DNA from: a virus
Taxonomy: Duplodnaviria; Caudoviricetes
DNA: 48,669 bases
Virus record (IMG/VR): IMGVR_UViG_3300033412_000368
Span: 1 to 48,669 of that record
Direction: 5' to 3' (one strand)
This document shows, in pieces, positions 18,877 to 28,408 of the stretch; within the stretch, counting starts at the first letter, position 1, and every line of letters starts with the position of its first letter. A program made the translations under genes and the position numbers. The notes under the pieces were generated by a model. That model was not told where the DNA came from. It searched no databases and was given only the letters and a program-made list of their open reading frames with translations.

Positions 18877-19452
18877 ATGACTAATATTGGATTGAAGACT
18901 ATAACCCAAGAAGAATTAGATAAGGTTCTTAGTAATCATGAGACTTGGTTAGATTCTCATGGGACTAAGGGGACTAGGGCTGATTTATCTTATACAGATT
19001 TATCTAATTCTGATTTATATGATTCTAATTTATCTCATTCTGATTTATCTAGGACTAATTTATCAATGACTAATTTATATAATACTAATTTATCTAATTC
19101 TAATTTATTTAATTCTAATTTATCTGATTCTAATTTATCTAGGTCTGATTTATCTAATTCTAATTTATCTTATTCTAATTTATCTAGGTCTGATTTATCT
19201 TATTCTGATTTATCTAGGTCTGATTTATATGGGGCTAATATTTCCAATATAATAGGTAAAAGAATCATTACATTTCAGGGTAATAAAGACTTCGCTTATT
19301 ATGTTGATGGATATATTAAGATAGGGTGTGAATATCATACCTTAGACTATTGGATTAAGAACTATGAGAGGATTGGTACTGAGGCTGAGTATAGTTCTGA
19401 GGATATTGAGTCTTATGGTAATTGGATTAAGAGTATTAAAACTGAGGGTTAG
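18877..19452 (+). CDS. Pentapeptide-repeat protein, copy 8 (18 repeats)
   Basis: Same cassette as the other copies. Confidence 0.9.
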   Translation: MTNIGLKTITQEELDKVLSNHETWLDSHGTKGTRADLSYTDLSNSDLYDSNLSHSDLSRTNLSMTNLYNTNLSNSNLFNSNLSDSNLSRSDLSNSNLSYSNLSRSDLSYSDLSRSDLYGANISNIIGKRIITFQGNKDFAYYVDGYIKIGCEYHTLDYWIKNYERIGTEAEYSSEDIESYGNWIKSIKTEG

Positions 19453-19454
19453 AT

Positions 19455-19943
19455 ATGAAAAAATTTATATTAGGATGTTTTTTCTTTTGTATTTCACAAT
19501 TGGCACAAGCGCAAATCTCAATACAAGAGTTAGATAAAATCTATAAGACTATAATTATAAAAAATGGACTGATACAACCCGTATCTAAATCTATTATTAA
19601 TTCAAATATAATACAAGCGATGGTTACTAAAGGAAATCATTTATTTATAACAGTGGGATTATTGAAATATTTATCTAAGCCTGAACTTGCTTTTGTATTA
19701 TCACATGAATTGGCTCATATTAAATTCAAAGATCCATATCATAAGCAGATTGGGACTCAACAAGAAGATCGGGCTGATAAATATGGAAGTCAATATGCTA
19801 AAAAAGCAGGATATTCTGAATGTCAGCAGGCTTTATTTTTTATCCGATTATATCGATTATATGGGAATCAAGGAGGATTAAATGATACTCATTCTTCTAA
19901 TTTAAAGAGATTTTGGAATATCTATAAGGGGTGTAATAAATGA
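19455..19943 (+). CDS. Exported M48-family Zn metallopeptidase
   Basis: Signal peptide MKKF...AQA; ELAFVLSHELAH, QEDRAD..G, TH.S...R. Confidence 0.8.
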   Translation: MKKFILGCFFFCISQLAQAQISIQELDKIYKTIIIKNGLIQPVSKSIINSNIIQAMVTKGNHLFITVGLLKYLSKPELAFVLSHELAHIKFKDPYHKQIGTQQEDRADKYGSQYAKKAGYSECQQALFFIRLYRLYGNQGGLNDTHSSNLKRFWNIYKGCNK

Positions 19944-20704
19944 AACATTTGGTAATACCCGATGTTCAGGCTAAACCTGGGGTCCCATTAGATCATTTAA
20001 TTTGGATTGGAAAATATATTCTTCTTAAAAAACCAGAGGTTATTATATGCCTAGGGGACTTTGCGGACATGGAAAGTTTATCTAGTTATGATAAAGGGAA
20101 AAAAAGTTTCGAGGGTCGTCGTTATAAAGAGGATATTAATTCAGCAAGAACTGCTATGTCAAACTTGTTAACTCCAATTAATGAATATAATAAAAAAATG
20201 GCAATGGGTAGACATAAACAATATAAACCAAGAATGGTTCTTACCTTAGGAAATCATGAACAACGTATTGAGAGAGTTACGGAGTGTCAACCTGAGTTTG
20301 ATGGGGTTATTCATTATAATGATCTTCCTTATAACGAATGGGAAGTTTATGATTTTTTAGAACCGGTTGAAATTGATGGAATCACTTATGTCCATTATTT
20401 AGCAAATCCAATGACAGGAAAACCATATAGTGGGACTGCTGCTAATCAAATGTTAAAAGCTAGAAAGAGTTTTATAGTTGGGCATAAACAAGTATTGGAT
20501 GTTCATACTAGTTTTTCATTAGATGGTCGCCAGCAATGGGGGATAATAGCGGGGTCGGCATATCTGCATGATGAGTTATATAAAGGTCCTCAAGGGAATA
20601 ATCATTGGAGGGGTATAATTATGTTACATAATGTAGTTGATGGGTCTTTTGATCCAATGTTTATTTCATTAAATTATTTAAAAAATCGATTTGTAGCTAG
20701 CTAA
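19940..20704 (+). CDS. Calcineurin-like metallophosphoesterase
   Basis: IPDVQ, LGDFAD, LGNHE, GH motifs. Confidence 0.85.
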   Translation: MKHLVIPDVQAKPGVPLDHLIWIGKYILLKKPEVIICLGDFADMESLSSYDKGKKSFEGRRYKEDINSARTAMSNLLTPINEYNKKMAMGRHKQYKPRMVLTLGNHEQRIERVTECQPEFDGVIHYNDLPYNEWEVYDFLEPVEIDGITYVHYLANPMTGKPYSGTAANQMLKARKSFIVGHKQVLDVHTSFSLDGRQQWGIIAGSAYLHDELYKGPQGNNHWRGIIMLHNVVDGSFDPMFISLNYLKNRFVAS

Positions 20705-20789
20705 TAAGACACAAATCGATTTGTGTAACCTAAATTGAATAACTCAAGACACAAACAAGATAGAGTCTCATAGAGAGAGGAGAATTAAA

Positions 20790-21485
20790 ATGGGGATATT
20801 TTCTAATATAATTGACTTTTTAAAATCAGTCACATTAAAAGATCAAATTAATCCGACTTTCATTTATAATGAGGTCAATGATATAAATGATAATTATCAA
20901 ATTGGTCTTTTAACTAAAAAGTATGAGTGTAGTAATAAGGGCCCTGGTTATATTTCTAATGGTTCTAAGTGGGGAGATCCGGGTGGTGATAGTTATGGGA
21001 GTTATCAATTAGAAACTAAAAAAGGTACTATGCAAGAATATTTAACAAGAGTGGATGATAAATTCACCGAGGCTTTACGAGCTTTGAAGATCAATAGTGA
21101 TTCCTTTAAATCAAAATGGAAAGATATTGCTTTAAAGGATCCTGTTGGGTTTGAACAATCACAATTTAATTATCTTGCTAATAAAAAAAATGGTTATTAT
21201 GATGGAATAAAATATGCCAAAAATCTTGGATGGAATACGGATAATTTAGCAATGAAATCGGCCATCTTCTCAGCGGTAAACCAATCTGGAGGATGGAAAA
21301 CATTTTTTGATAAGACAGGAATAATAAAAACAGATAGTTTAGATGTACAAATAAATAAATTATATGATGCCCGAGCCAATTATTTCAAAAAATTAAATTT
21401 GACAAAAAATGTAAAAGATTCTATTATTAAGAATAGAACTGTGGATGAAAGAAAAGATTGTTTAACATTAATAGGGAGAAAATAA
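20790..21485 (+). CDS. Putative endolysin (lysozyme-like, VgrG3-C-like muramidase)
   Basis: KYE.S..G...IS.G...GD.GG.SYG.YQL pattern; I..LYDAR..YF; GAGGAG RBS. Confidence 0.65.
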   Translation: MGIFSNIIDFLKSVTLKDQINPTFIYNEVNDINDNYQIGLLTKKYECSNKGPGYISNGSKWGDPGGDSYGSYQLETKKGTMQEYLTRVDDKFTEALRALKINSDSFKSKWKDIALKDPVGFEQSQFNYLANKKNGYYDGIKYAKNLGWNTDNLAMKSAIFSAVNQSGGWKTFFDKTGIIKTDSLDVQINKLYDARANYFKKLNLTKNVKDSIIKNRTVDERKDCLTLIGRK

Positions 21486-21486
21486 T

Positions 21487-21654
21487 ATGCCCATTTATGA
21501 ATATTATTGTTCACTATGCGATAAAACATTTGAACGATTCCATAATATGAATTTTAAAGGGGAATTTAAATGCGACAAGTGTCAAAAGGTAATAGAGAGA
21601 ATTTTATCTTCTTCTTATGTATACCCAAATGGATTTAAATATAAGGAGAAATAA
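21487..21654 (+). CDS. FmdB-family zinc-ribbon protein (55 aa, not in the ORF track)
   Basis: MPIYEYYCSLCDKTFE...CDKC...RILS. Confidence 0.8.
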   Translation: MPIYEYYCSLCDKTFERFHNMNFKGEFKCDKCQKVIERILSSSYVYPNGFKYKEK

Positions 21655-21821
21655 TGTCCAAAACAAATAGAAAACATAATCGTCATAAAACTAGGAGCCC
21701 TTCAGCTAAAGCATATAATTCCGAAGGGCGTTACTTTAAAAATAAGAAAAAGAGGTTAATAAGACATTTAAAAGTCCACGTTGCGGATAAACAGTCTGAA
21801 AAAGTTTATTTGGAGTTATGA
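21654..21821 (+). CDS. Small basic protein (55 aa)
   Basis: MSKTNRKHNRHKTRSPS...; AAGGAG RBS; TAATG overlap with the previous gene. Confidence 0.55.
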   Translation: MSKTNRKHNRHKTRSPSAKAYNSEGRYFKNKKKRLIRHLKVHVADKQSEKVYLEL

Positions 21822-21908
21822 TGAAATATTTATTTATTATTGGATCAATTTGTACAATACTTAATTTTTTATGCAATATCTTTTGGCATTTTAATTGAGG
21901 AGAAGGTG

Positions 21909-22049
21909 ATGAGCAAATTCCATATTTTAGTGGGCTTATTTTTAGGACTAGTATTGATAAATAAGGTGATGGCCGATCAATCATGCATATTAGTTTGTGA
22001 TCAAATTGGAACAACAACTTATTGTCATAATATTTGTGTTGATTATTAA
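21909..22049 (+). CDS. Small secreted Cys-containing peptide
   Basis: Signal-like N-terminus followed by DQSCILVCDQIGTTTYCHNICVDY; GAGGAG upstream. Confidence 0.5.
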   Translation: MSKFHILVGLFLGLVLINKVMADQSCILVCDQIGTTTYCHNICVDY

Positions 22050-22071
22050 TATATTTTGGAAGGAGATTATA

Positions 22072-22293
22072 ATGGATAATAAAAAAGTAAAAGTGTATTT
22101 AACCAATGGAAGATGTCTTGTTGTGAATGAGATTCAACATATAAGTGATAATGATAAAGTCTTAGTGATTGAAACATTGACTACAGGTTATAATATTTTA
22201 TTGAATCATGTTTTATATATTGAGTATGATCCTCGTCAACATGAAAAAAATAATCATATTGAAGAAGGAGTAGTTCTTGATGAAAATAAATAA
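22072..22293 (+). CDS. Hypothetical protein
   Basis: AAGGAG RBS before the ATG at 22072. Confidence 0.6.
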   Translation: MDNKKVKVYLTNGRCLVVNEIQHISDNDKVLVIETLTTGYNILLNHVLYIEYDPRQHEKNNHIEEGVVLDENK

Positions 22294-22552
22294 CCAGAAT
22301 TTTGATTCAAATAAAAAACTCCATGTTTATATAGTTCTTAAATGTTCTGATTGTGTTGATAATAATGAACGAATAATATCAATTTTTTTACAAAAAGATA
22401 TTGCTGAGAGGCAAAAAGAATTTTTATCTACTCTTTATCCAAATAGATATTATGCGGTTTTAAAGAAGACTATCAAGGGTAAATATGCGAGAGAATTAAG
22501 TTTATATTACTCTTTTTTAAATTCAGATGAGGGAGGGAATCATGGAGAATAA
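22277..22552 (+). CDS. Hypothetical protein
   Basis: AAGGAG RBS; part of an overlapping gene chain. Confidence 0.55.
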   Translation: MMKINNQNFDSNKKLHVYIVLKCSDCVDNNERIISIFLQKDIAERQKEFLSTLYPNRYYAVLKKTIKGKYARELSLYYSFLNSDEGGNHGE

Positions 22553-22844
22553 TGATAAAATGAATCAAGTCAATAGTATAGAATATCCTAAAGAATTTCA
22601 TGATGTATTTAAAGTTGTAGATATGGGGGCGAATAAATATTCACCAAATGGGTGGTTAGATCCTAGTGGAAAGGGGCAAAGTTATAAAGAGAATCATGAT
22701 AGTATGTTTCATCATTTATCTAAATCTTATTCTGGGGAAAGAACTGATCCAGAGTCTCAATTAGATCATTATCTACATCTTGCATGTAGAGCATTAATGG
22801 CCTATACTAGACTCAAAAGAGGGATTAAATATCCAGGAGAATGA
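22542..22844 (+). CDS. DUF5664-like dATP/dGTP diphosphohydrolase domain protein
   Basis: V..MGANKY...GW, SMFHHL, DPESQLDH..H.AC.A pattern. Confidence 0.7.
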   Translation: MENNDKMNQVNSIEYPKEFHDVFKVVDMGANKYSPNGWLDPSGKGQSYKENHDSMFHHLSKSYSGERTDPESQLDHYLHLACRALMAYTRLKRGIKYPGE

Positions 22845-23221
22845 CTATGGGTCAAATTAAAAATTCTTTTTATTTTATGTATTTATTGTAGGGATTAGTT
22901 CCTGTTTTTTAGGAACAGGAGCTTTCTTTATCATTATAGGAAAACATTACAATCTTGGTTTTTAGGCTATTCCCTGGGATTTATGTTTATATATACAGGA
23001 TTATCATTTTCGAGGCGGATCAAGATACTTTGATCAAAAAATCTTTGTCAAAGACGAATCGTCATGGGGAAAAGCTCTCTATGTTGGTGACTTAACATAC
23101 GTTGATATTTCACAAAGAAAACTTGCAGAAGTCAATTATGGACACACTTAAAAAAATGAAGAAGTGTTGAAATTTGCTTATGAAATAAAGAAAAAATACG
23201 AACAGTGTAATATTGCTTTCT

Positions 23222-25228
23222 CTAATTACTTCCCAAACTCTTAGCAGCAGCAGGAATAGCCCCTTTCAGTATAGTCTTTAATACCGCCTTAACAATACCA
23301 TCTTGACCAGTTTGAGCTAATTTGCCGCCTGCAAGCTTAATCAACAATTTCGCAGTCCTAGGGCTTGTCATAGCCATACTTAGTGCCTTAGTAACTGCTC
23401 CTACTCCTAACATCTTCCCTAATCCTGCAAACCCCCAAATAGCCAGTCCCGAGAGAACCGACCCCGAGCCTCCTACCCAATTAGAAAGGCTTGTAGAGGA
23501 TAACTTAGATGTTTTAATCATATTATCAGCTCTTACTAACAAGTTTTGTAAACCCTTAATCTTCATTTGTTCAGCTTGTGGCAACATGTCAATGGTCTCA
23601 CCTAACTTATGTATTCCTTGACTAAACTTACCTAAATCTAACATATCTTTATTATCTAAAGATGTTCTAAAAACCTTATTAACTATCGCTTTACTAAATG
23701 ATTGTTGTCCCTGTGGAGACAAAGCGTCCATAACTTTCTTTGTAAGAACTGGCCTGTCATTTTGAACTATTTGATTTAATAACTCATCAGCATCTTTTTT
23801 ACCAGACAGAACTTTATTTAAGATATTAATGTTTTGAAAAGGGGCTTTTTCTGTCATAAAGACATTTCTCGCCTTAGTTAATAAACTACCAAATCCTTGA
23901 TTCAATCCTCCAGCAGACTCTAAATCAGTGTCTAAAGAAGATTTTATTTGTTTTAATATTGGAGATAATCCTTCTGGGTCATCTGTTAGTTTAATAGATG
24001 AAATTTTCTTTCTTAATAAATCAAAAGACTTGGCAGGAATTGAACCAGTGGGCAGATCAGCTAAATCTTGTATAACTTGACCTGCTTTAGAATTACTCAT
24101 ATCGGCTGATAAAATACCAGCATCTTTTAGTTGATTAACCTGAGCTAGAGCATCCTTTGCAACAGTTTGGGTATTTTGTAGTGGAATGTCTATTTTATTT
24201 TTACTAGCAAAATCAAGAGCATCAGAATAGGCTTTATTTGTATTAATCGTGGCTTCATCATAAGATGATTTAATAGCATTATTTAATTCTTCTCCTAAAT
24301 CCACTTTAGATTGATTTCCAACTCCTATATCATTTAAAATATCATTGGTATAATTTTTTAATACATCAACTTGCTTATTTATCCCTCTTTTAGCCCCTAT
24401 AACAGGTAATCTACCAAGGACATCTTCAGTGCCCTGTAAAAATGAATTGCCCGTAACACTAGCAGGGGTGGTCAACAAGCCTTTATCGGCAGATTGTACT
24501 GCCTCCTCAATGGGTGTAGTAAATAATGCCTTAGCGCCCTTCTGTAGGCCTTTGGAGAGCACTTCCCCCCCACTTTGAAATGCTGCACCTAAATAACCAG
24601 AATTAATTGCATTACCAATTCTTGATTCTCCTGGGTTTACATACTCTTGACCACCAGACAAGAAAGAAGCGGCAGCAGTTTGCAATAATCTTCCACCATA
24701 ATCAAGAGCTTTTGCCGCTAAGATTGGTTGAGTTCCAGGGGATGTTATTGTTGCTCCTATCTTTGACCCCACATCTGTTATAAATCCTGATATTGGTGAG
24801 TTCTGCATAGCTTGTTGATAATCTCTCTTATGAATAGCTTGTTGATTAGCTAAATTCTGTTGAAAATTATCTATATCAGATTGTGGAATCTCTGGTAATA
24901 AAGTTTTTTCTCTGTCGATACCAAGTGTTGAGAGAATATTAGTGTTTAATTTATCTATGCCGCCCATTACGTTAGATAACATTTGTAATCCACCATTAGC
25001 AACATTAGCAAAATTTCTATTAATAATATCAATATTGTCCATGAATGTAGATTGATTTATTTGTCCAGGAAATTGAGCGGGAATCTCGGATTGTTGAGCT
25101 GGAGAACTCGGATTACTAATAAACGGATTAAAAGGGTTCTCATCAGACGATTGCTGAGATGATAATCCAGGAGGATTATTTACTTCTGAAGATTGAGTAA
25201 ACTGTAAGAATGGGTTTTGATCGTCCAT
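23222..25228 (-). CDS. Internal virion / DNA ejection protein
   Basis: Large A/G/Q/L-rich helical protein with a hydrophobic C-terminal segment; last gene of the structural arm. Confidence 0.6.
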   Translation of the reverse strand: MDDQNPFLQFTQSSEVNNPPGLSSQQSSDENPFNPFISNPSSPAQQSEIPAQFPGQINQSTFMDNIDIINRNFANVANGGLQMLSNVMGGIDKLNTNILSTLGIDREKTLLPEIPQSDIDNFQQNLANQQAIHKRDYQQAMQNSPISGFITDVGSKIGATITSPGTQPILAAKALDYGGRLLQTAAASFLSGGQEYVNPGESRIGNAINSGYLGAAFQSGGEVLSKGLQKGAKALFTTPIEEAVQSADKGLLTTPASVTGNSFLQGTEDVLGRLPVIGAKRGINKQVDVLKNYTNDILNDIGVGNQSKVDLGEELNNAIKSSYDEATINTNKAYSDALDFASKNKIDIPLQNTQTVAKDALAQVNQLKDAGILSADMSNSKAGQVIQDLADLPTGSIPAKSFDLLRKKISSIKLTDDPEGLSPILKQIKSSLDTDLESAGGLNQGFGSLLTKARNVFMTEKAPFQNINILNKVLSGKKDADELLNQIVQNDRPVLTKKVMDALSPQGQQSFSKAIVNKVFRTSLDNKDMLDLGKFSQGIHKLGETIDMLPQAEQMKIKGLQNLLVRADNMIKTSKLSSTSLSNWVGGSGSVLSGLAIWGFAGLGKMLGVGAVTKALSMAMTSPRTAKLLIKLAGGKLAQTGQDGIVKAVLKTILKGAIPAAAKSLGSN

Positions 25229-25231
25229 TAT

Positions 25232-26743
25232 TTAATTCCCCATTGATGAAGTGTCGGGTTCATAACCAAATGTACTTTTAAAATATTCTCTATTTTTTGG
25301 AGTATTATTGTCATAAAGATATTTTACTGCCTCTGGAGGAGCTGATTTATAATATTGAATAGAGTTCTCAGGTAATGAGTTATTTTGTAATTGAGTTCTA
25401 TAAAATAAATTGGTTTCATTTTGTCTTTTTTCATAAACATTACGAATAATACCGGTCATTTTGCTAATATTATCAATCTCCCTAGGAGTTAAAACTACCT
25501 TATCCCCTGTACCTAAAGATTGAATGTATTTAAGTGCTTGTGCCATTTCTCCTGAATTAGATGCAGTTCTATTAATATCTTGATCTGACATCACTCCCGG
25601 CCCTGATAATGCTTTAGCAAAAGCAAACTGTAACGTTTGTTGAGCTGTTGGATTTGTAGGATCAACTTTTAAACTCTGAAGTGCGGCGTCAACTTTAGTA
25701 TTACTGGTTTGAAAATCTGCATAACTCCTTGATCTATTTTCATAATTTCTAGTGATACTGGTTAACAATTGCTGTTGCATATTATTATATTCTATTTTAT
25801 TTTTAGCCGTTGCTAAATTTTGATTTTCTTGAGAGTATTTAGTCTGTTCAGCCTCATTCTTCAGTTTTATAGCTTGATAATTAGCTGCATCTGCCTGATT
25901 TAATAAATTCTTTAAAGAGGGGCTATTTTCTACTGTTTCTCCTTTTTTCACCCTTGCTTCAATATCCGCTTGAAGTTTTCCTGAAGCACTCTGTGCAATA
26001 GTTGCATTCTTATTAGCATCATAAAGTATTGCAGCAGGAGTAGATAAAGACATCCCTAGGGCCATTTTAGAAACAGCTTCTTCATTGAGTGTATTTGGTA
26101 AACTGGGATCAATTTGTTTAGCAACCGGTAAAAGTGCCTGATATGTATCTTCTCTTTGATCTGAAGGGGTTTTCAATAGAGTTGCCCCTATTCCCCCTAA
26201 TAATTTATAACCTTCAATCAAAACTTGATTCTTGTCATTAGAATGAGCTAATTTATAAGTTTCATTCTCCATCATAGCAGTATCAAGTTCAGATTTAGAT
26301 TTCTGCATTTCAAGAGCTAAGTCAGGAGCCGCACCTTGTAAATAATCAATAACACCATTAAAACCCCCATCTCGGGCCGCTAATGACATCCCTGATTGGA
26401 TTGCCATTTGGCGTTGTTTATCATATCTGTCCCAACTGAACTTCTCTTCTGCAATAGATTGGGTGGAATTAGCCCTCTTATTAGCATCGGTCTCAAAACC
26501 GAGTTGCTTAGAAGCTAAGTATCCCTCCACCCATGACTTGTCAACTCCATAAGGAACAGGTAAATTACCTTGTTGAACCTGAGGAGATAAATTCATTGTA
26601 TTCGCGGATAAATATCCATTAATTTTTCCATCATATGGATTAGGATTATCAGGTGTCGGTTGAGGTAATTTCCCACCTTGCGAATTTATATTAGGATTAT
26701 CATTTTGATCTTGATAGATCGGTAGTTGTGATATAAAAGACAT
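25232..26743 (-). CDS. Internal virion / DNA ejection protein
   Basis: Q/N/A-rich coiled coil; syntenic with P22-like ejection genes. Confidence 0.55.
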   Translation of the reverse strand: MSFISQLPIYQDQNDNPNINSQGGKLPQPTPDNPNPYDGKINGYLSANTMNLSPQVQQGNLPVPYGVDKSWVEGYLASKQLGFETDANKRANSTQSIAEEKFSWDRYDKQRQMAIQSGMSLAARDGGFNGVIDYLQGAAPDLALEMQKSKSELDTAMMENETYKLAHSNDKNQVLIEGYKLLGGIGATLLKTPSDQREDTYQALLPVAKQIDPSLPNTLNEEAVSKMALGMSLSTPAAILYDANKNATIAQSASGKLQADIEARVKKGETVENSPSLKNLLNQADAANYQAIKLKNEAEQTKYSQENQNLATAKNKIEYNNMQQQLLTSITRNYENRSRSYADFQTSNTKVDAALQSLKVDPTNPTAQQTLQFAFAKALSGPGVMSDQDINRTASNSGEMAQALKYIQSLGTGDKVVLTPREIDNISKMTGIIRNVYEKRQNETNLFYRTQLQNNSLPENSIQYYKSAPPEAVKYLYDNNTPKNREYFKSTFGYEPDTSSMGN

Positions 26744-26758
26744 TATTTATCATCCCTC

Positions 26759-28408
26759 TTAAATAGTATACCAGGCTTGTGTATTAGGATTATAAGATGG
26801 CCATCCATTCCCGGATAACATTCCACCAGAATTATTATAAGCAAATCCTGCTCCATAATTTTGATTCTGGGCTATTTGATAACCAAATTGATTATTGGCT
26901 AAATTTAAATATCCTGCCTGTATGTTGTTTTGAGCCGCATCTTGTTGTTGTTTAGCATCTTGAGCATGTTTCTGAGCTATAGCTTGATTCTGTGCGTTAG
27001 CATTGAAAATATTTGATTGTTGAGTTACTTGCCCTGCATTGGTATAGGAATTATATTGTGCTTGACCGATATTTTGATAAGCACTCAATAATCCAGATCC
27101 AAGATTTCCATATAATTGGGCTAATGATCCCCCTTGTGCCATATAATTATTTGCTATCTGTGATAAGGCCGTATTTCCTGCACTCATCAAAGGGCCAAGG
27201 TTATTGAGGAAATTTTGATAATAACTAGAAGCTAAATTCTGATTAAATTGAGATAAAGCTGCTCCAGTTCCTCCACTATTTAGCCCACCTGCTGCAGCAG
27301 CAGCTCTATTAATCGCCTGTTGACCTTGCAACGCTTGAAATTGATAACCAGGAGTATTTTGGAGTTTATTATTAATTTGTTCCCCTGTATAACCTTTATC
27401 CATTTCAGGTGTATAATTTTTTCCAAATTCATTAATAAAACCTTGAACATCTTGCTGTTGTGATGAAACTGATGATGCATTTGCGTTTTTAGATGCTAAC
27501 CATTGATCATAGGCGGCTTGACTTGATTGTGCTTTTTGTTGTTCAGAGGCCAGAAATGGGGTTATGTAATCTGTTCCACTCTCAGCAAATTGTTTAGTAG
27601 CTCCTCCATAGGCTTTTGATTTTAAAAGGTCATTATATTGATTCTGTTTAAAATTCTGAAATTCAACACTATTTGTTGCAGCTTTGATTCTTTGCGATAA
27701 AGCATCTTGTCCATAAAGATTGAACTGATCCGGATGTTCTCTCAATGCTGTCTGATATTCCTCAGGAGTAACATCTGTAACAGGTTTATAAATTACTGGT
27801 GCAGGGGTTGTAAAAGAATTGTTTTTAGCAATTTGTCCTTGAAGAATGGGGATTTGATCCATAATTTGTTGTTTTGCTTGTGCCCTTTCGGATGGATCAA
27901 ATATTGATTCTGCATTTTGCATCTGTTGAACTAAATCATTATAACCTGCCCCGCTAATTCGACTATATAAATCACTCGTCTGATTTGCAGTTGGCGGATT
28001 TAGTCCAAGCATTCGCATATATTCCTGAGAAGCGGGAGTTCCCTGAGCAACAATTTGTCCTAGTTGTTGATTCGATTGTTTAACAGTATTATTTACATTA
28101 TCAATTGCAGATTGAAAAGCATTTTGATATAGACTGATTCCTTGCAATGATTGATTATTATAAGCCTCTGCAGCCTGAGAAAAATATTTAATTGCATTTG
28201 AAGGATCAACCTGAGCAACTGACAATTCATCATTAGCCTTTGTTTTCTTTTGAATAACAGCTTTTGAGATACCAGGGACACCCGTATCAGGTCCAATAGG
28301 GGCTGGATCTCCCATAATGGCTTTTGCCGCTAATCCCCCTAAAACACTCCCTAAAGCACCAATAGCAGGTCCCTGTAATTTATATTTATGATAATTAAAC
28401 CCGAACAT
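26759..28408 (-). CDS. DNA ejection (pilot) protein
   Basis: N-terminal Gly-rich hydrophobic stretch; PGYQF..QG..A..R.AAA.GGL.SG motif of phage DNA-transfer proteins. Confidence 0.7.
   Translation of the reverse strand: MFGFNYHKYKLQGPAIGALGSVLGGLAAKAIMGDPAPIGPDTGVPGISKAVIQKKTKANDELSVAQVDPSNAIKYFSQAAEAYNNQSLQGISLYQNAFQSAIDNVNNTVKQSNQQLGQIVAQGTPASQEYMRMLGLNPPTANQTSDLYSRISGAGYNDLVQQMQNAESIFDPSERAQAKQQIMDQIPILQGQIAKNNSFTTPAPVIYKPVTDVTPEEYQTALREHPDQFNLYGQDALSQRIKAATNSVEFQNFKQNQYNDLLKSKAYGGATKQFAESGTDYITPFLASEQQKAQSSQAAYDQWLASKNANASSVSSQQQDVQGFINEFGKNYTPEMDKGYTGEQINNKLQNTPGYQFQALQGQQAINRAAAAAGGLNSGGTGAALSQFNQNLASSYYQNFLNNLGPLMSAGNTALSQIANNYMAQGGSLAQLYGNLGSGLLSAYQNIGQAQYNSYTNAGQVTQQSNIFNANAQNQAIAQKHAQDAKQQQDAAQNNIQAGYLNLANNQFGYQIAQNQNYGAGFAYNNSGGMLSGNGWPSYNPNTQAWYTI

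Noticed and set aside
1145-19245. 15-nt arrays as a CRISPR array or DGR template/variable repeats
   Set aside because: The repeats are in-frame coding units without spacers. No cas or RT gene was recognised, and the variation is block-wise rather than adenine-specific.
1044-19452. qnr-type quinolone resistance genes
   Set aside because: Only the generic repeat fold is shared; the N-cap and C-domain are of the phage type.
7247-21379. Nested or antisense ORFs at 7247, 12368(-), 19687 and 21197(-)
   Set aside because: They overlap well-supported genes and show no motifs.
5594-22844. 2-aminoadenine (Z-genome) pathway suggested by the HD hydrolase plus DUF5664
   Set aside because: No PurZ/PurA-like gene was seen, and both domains are common in ordinary phages.
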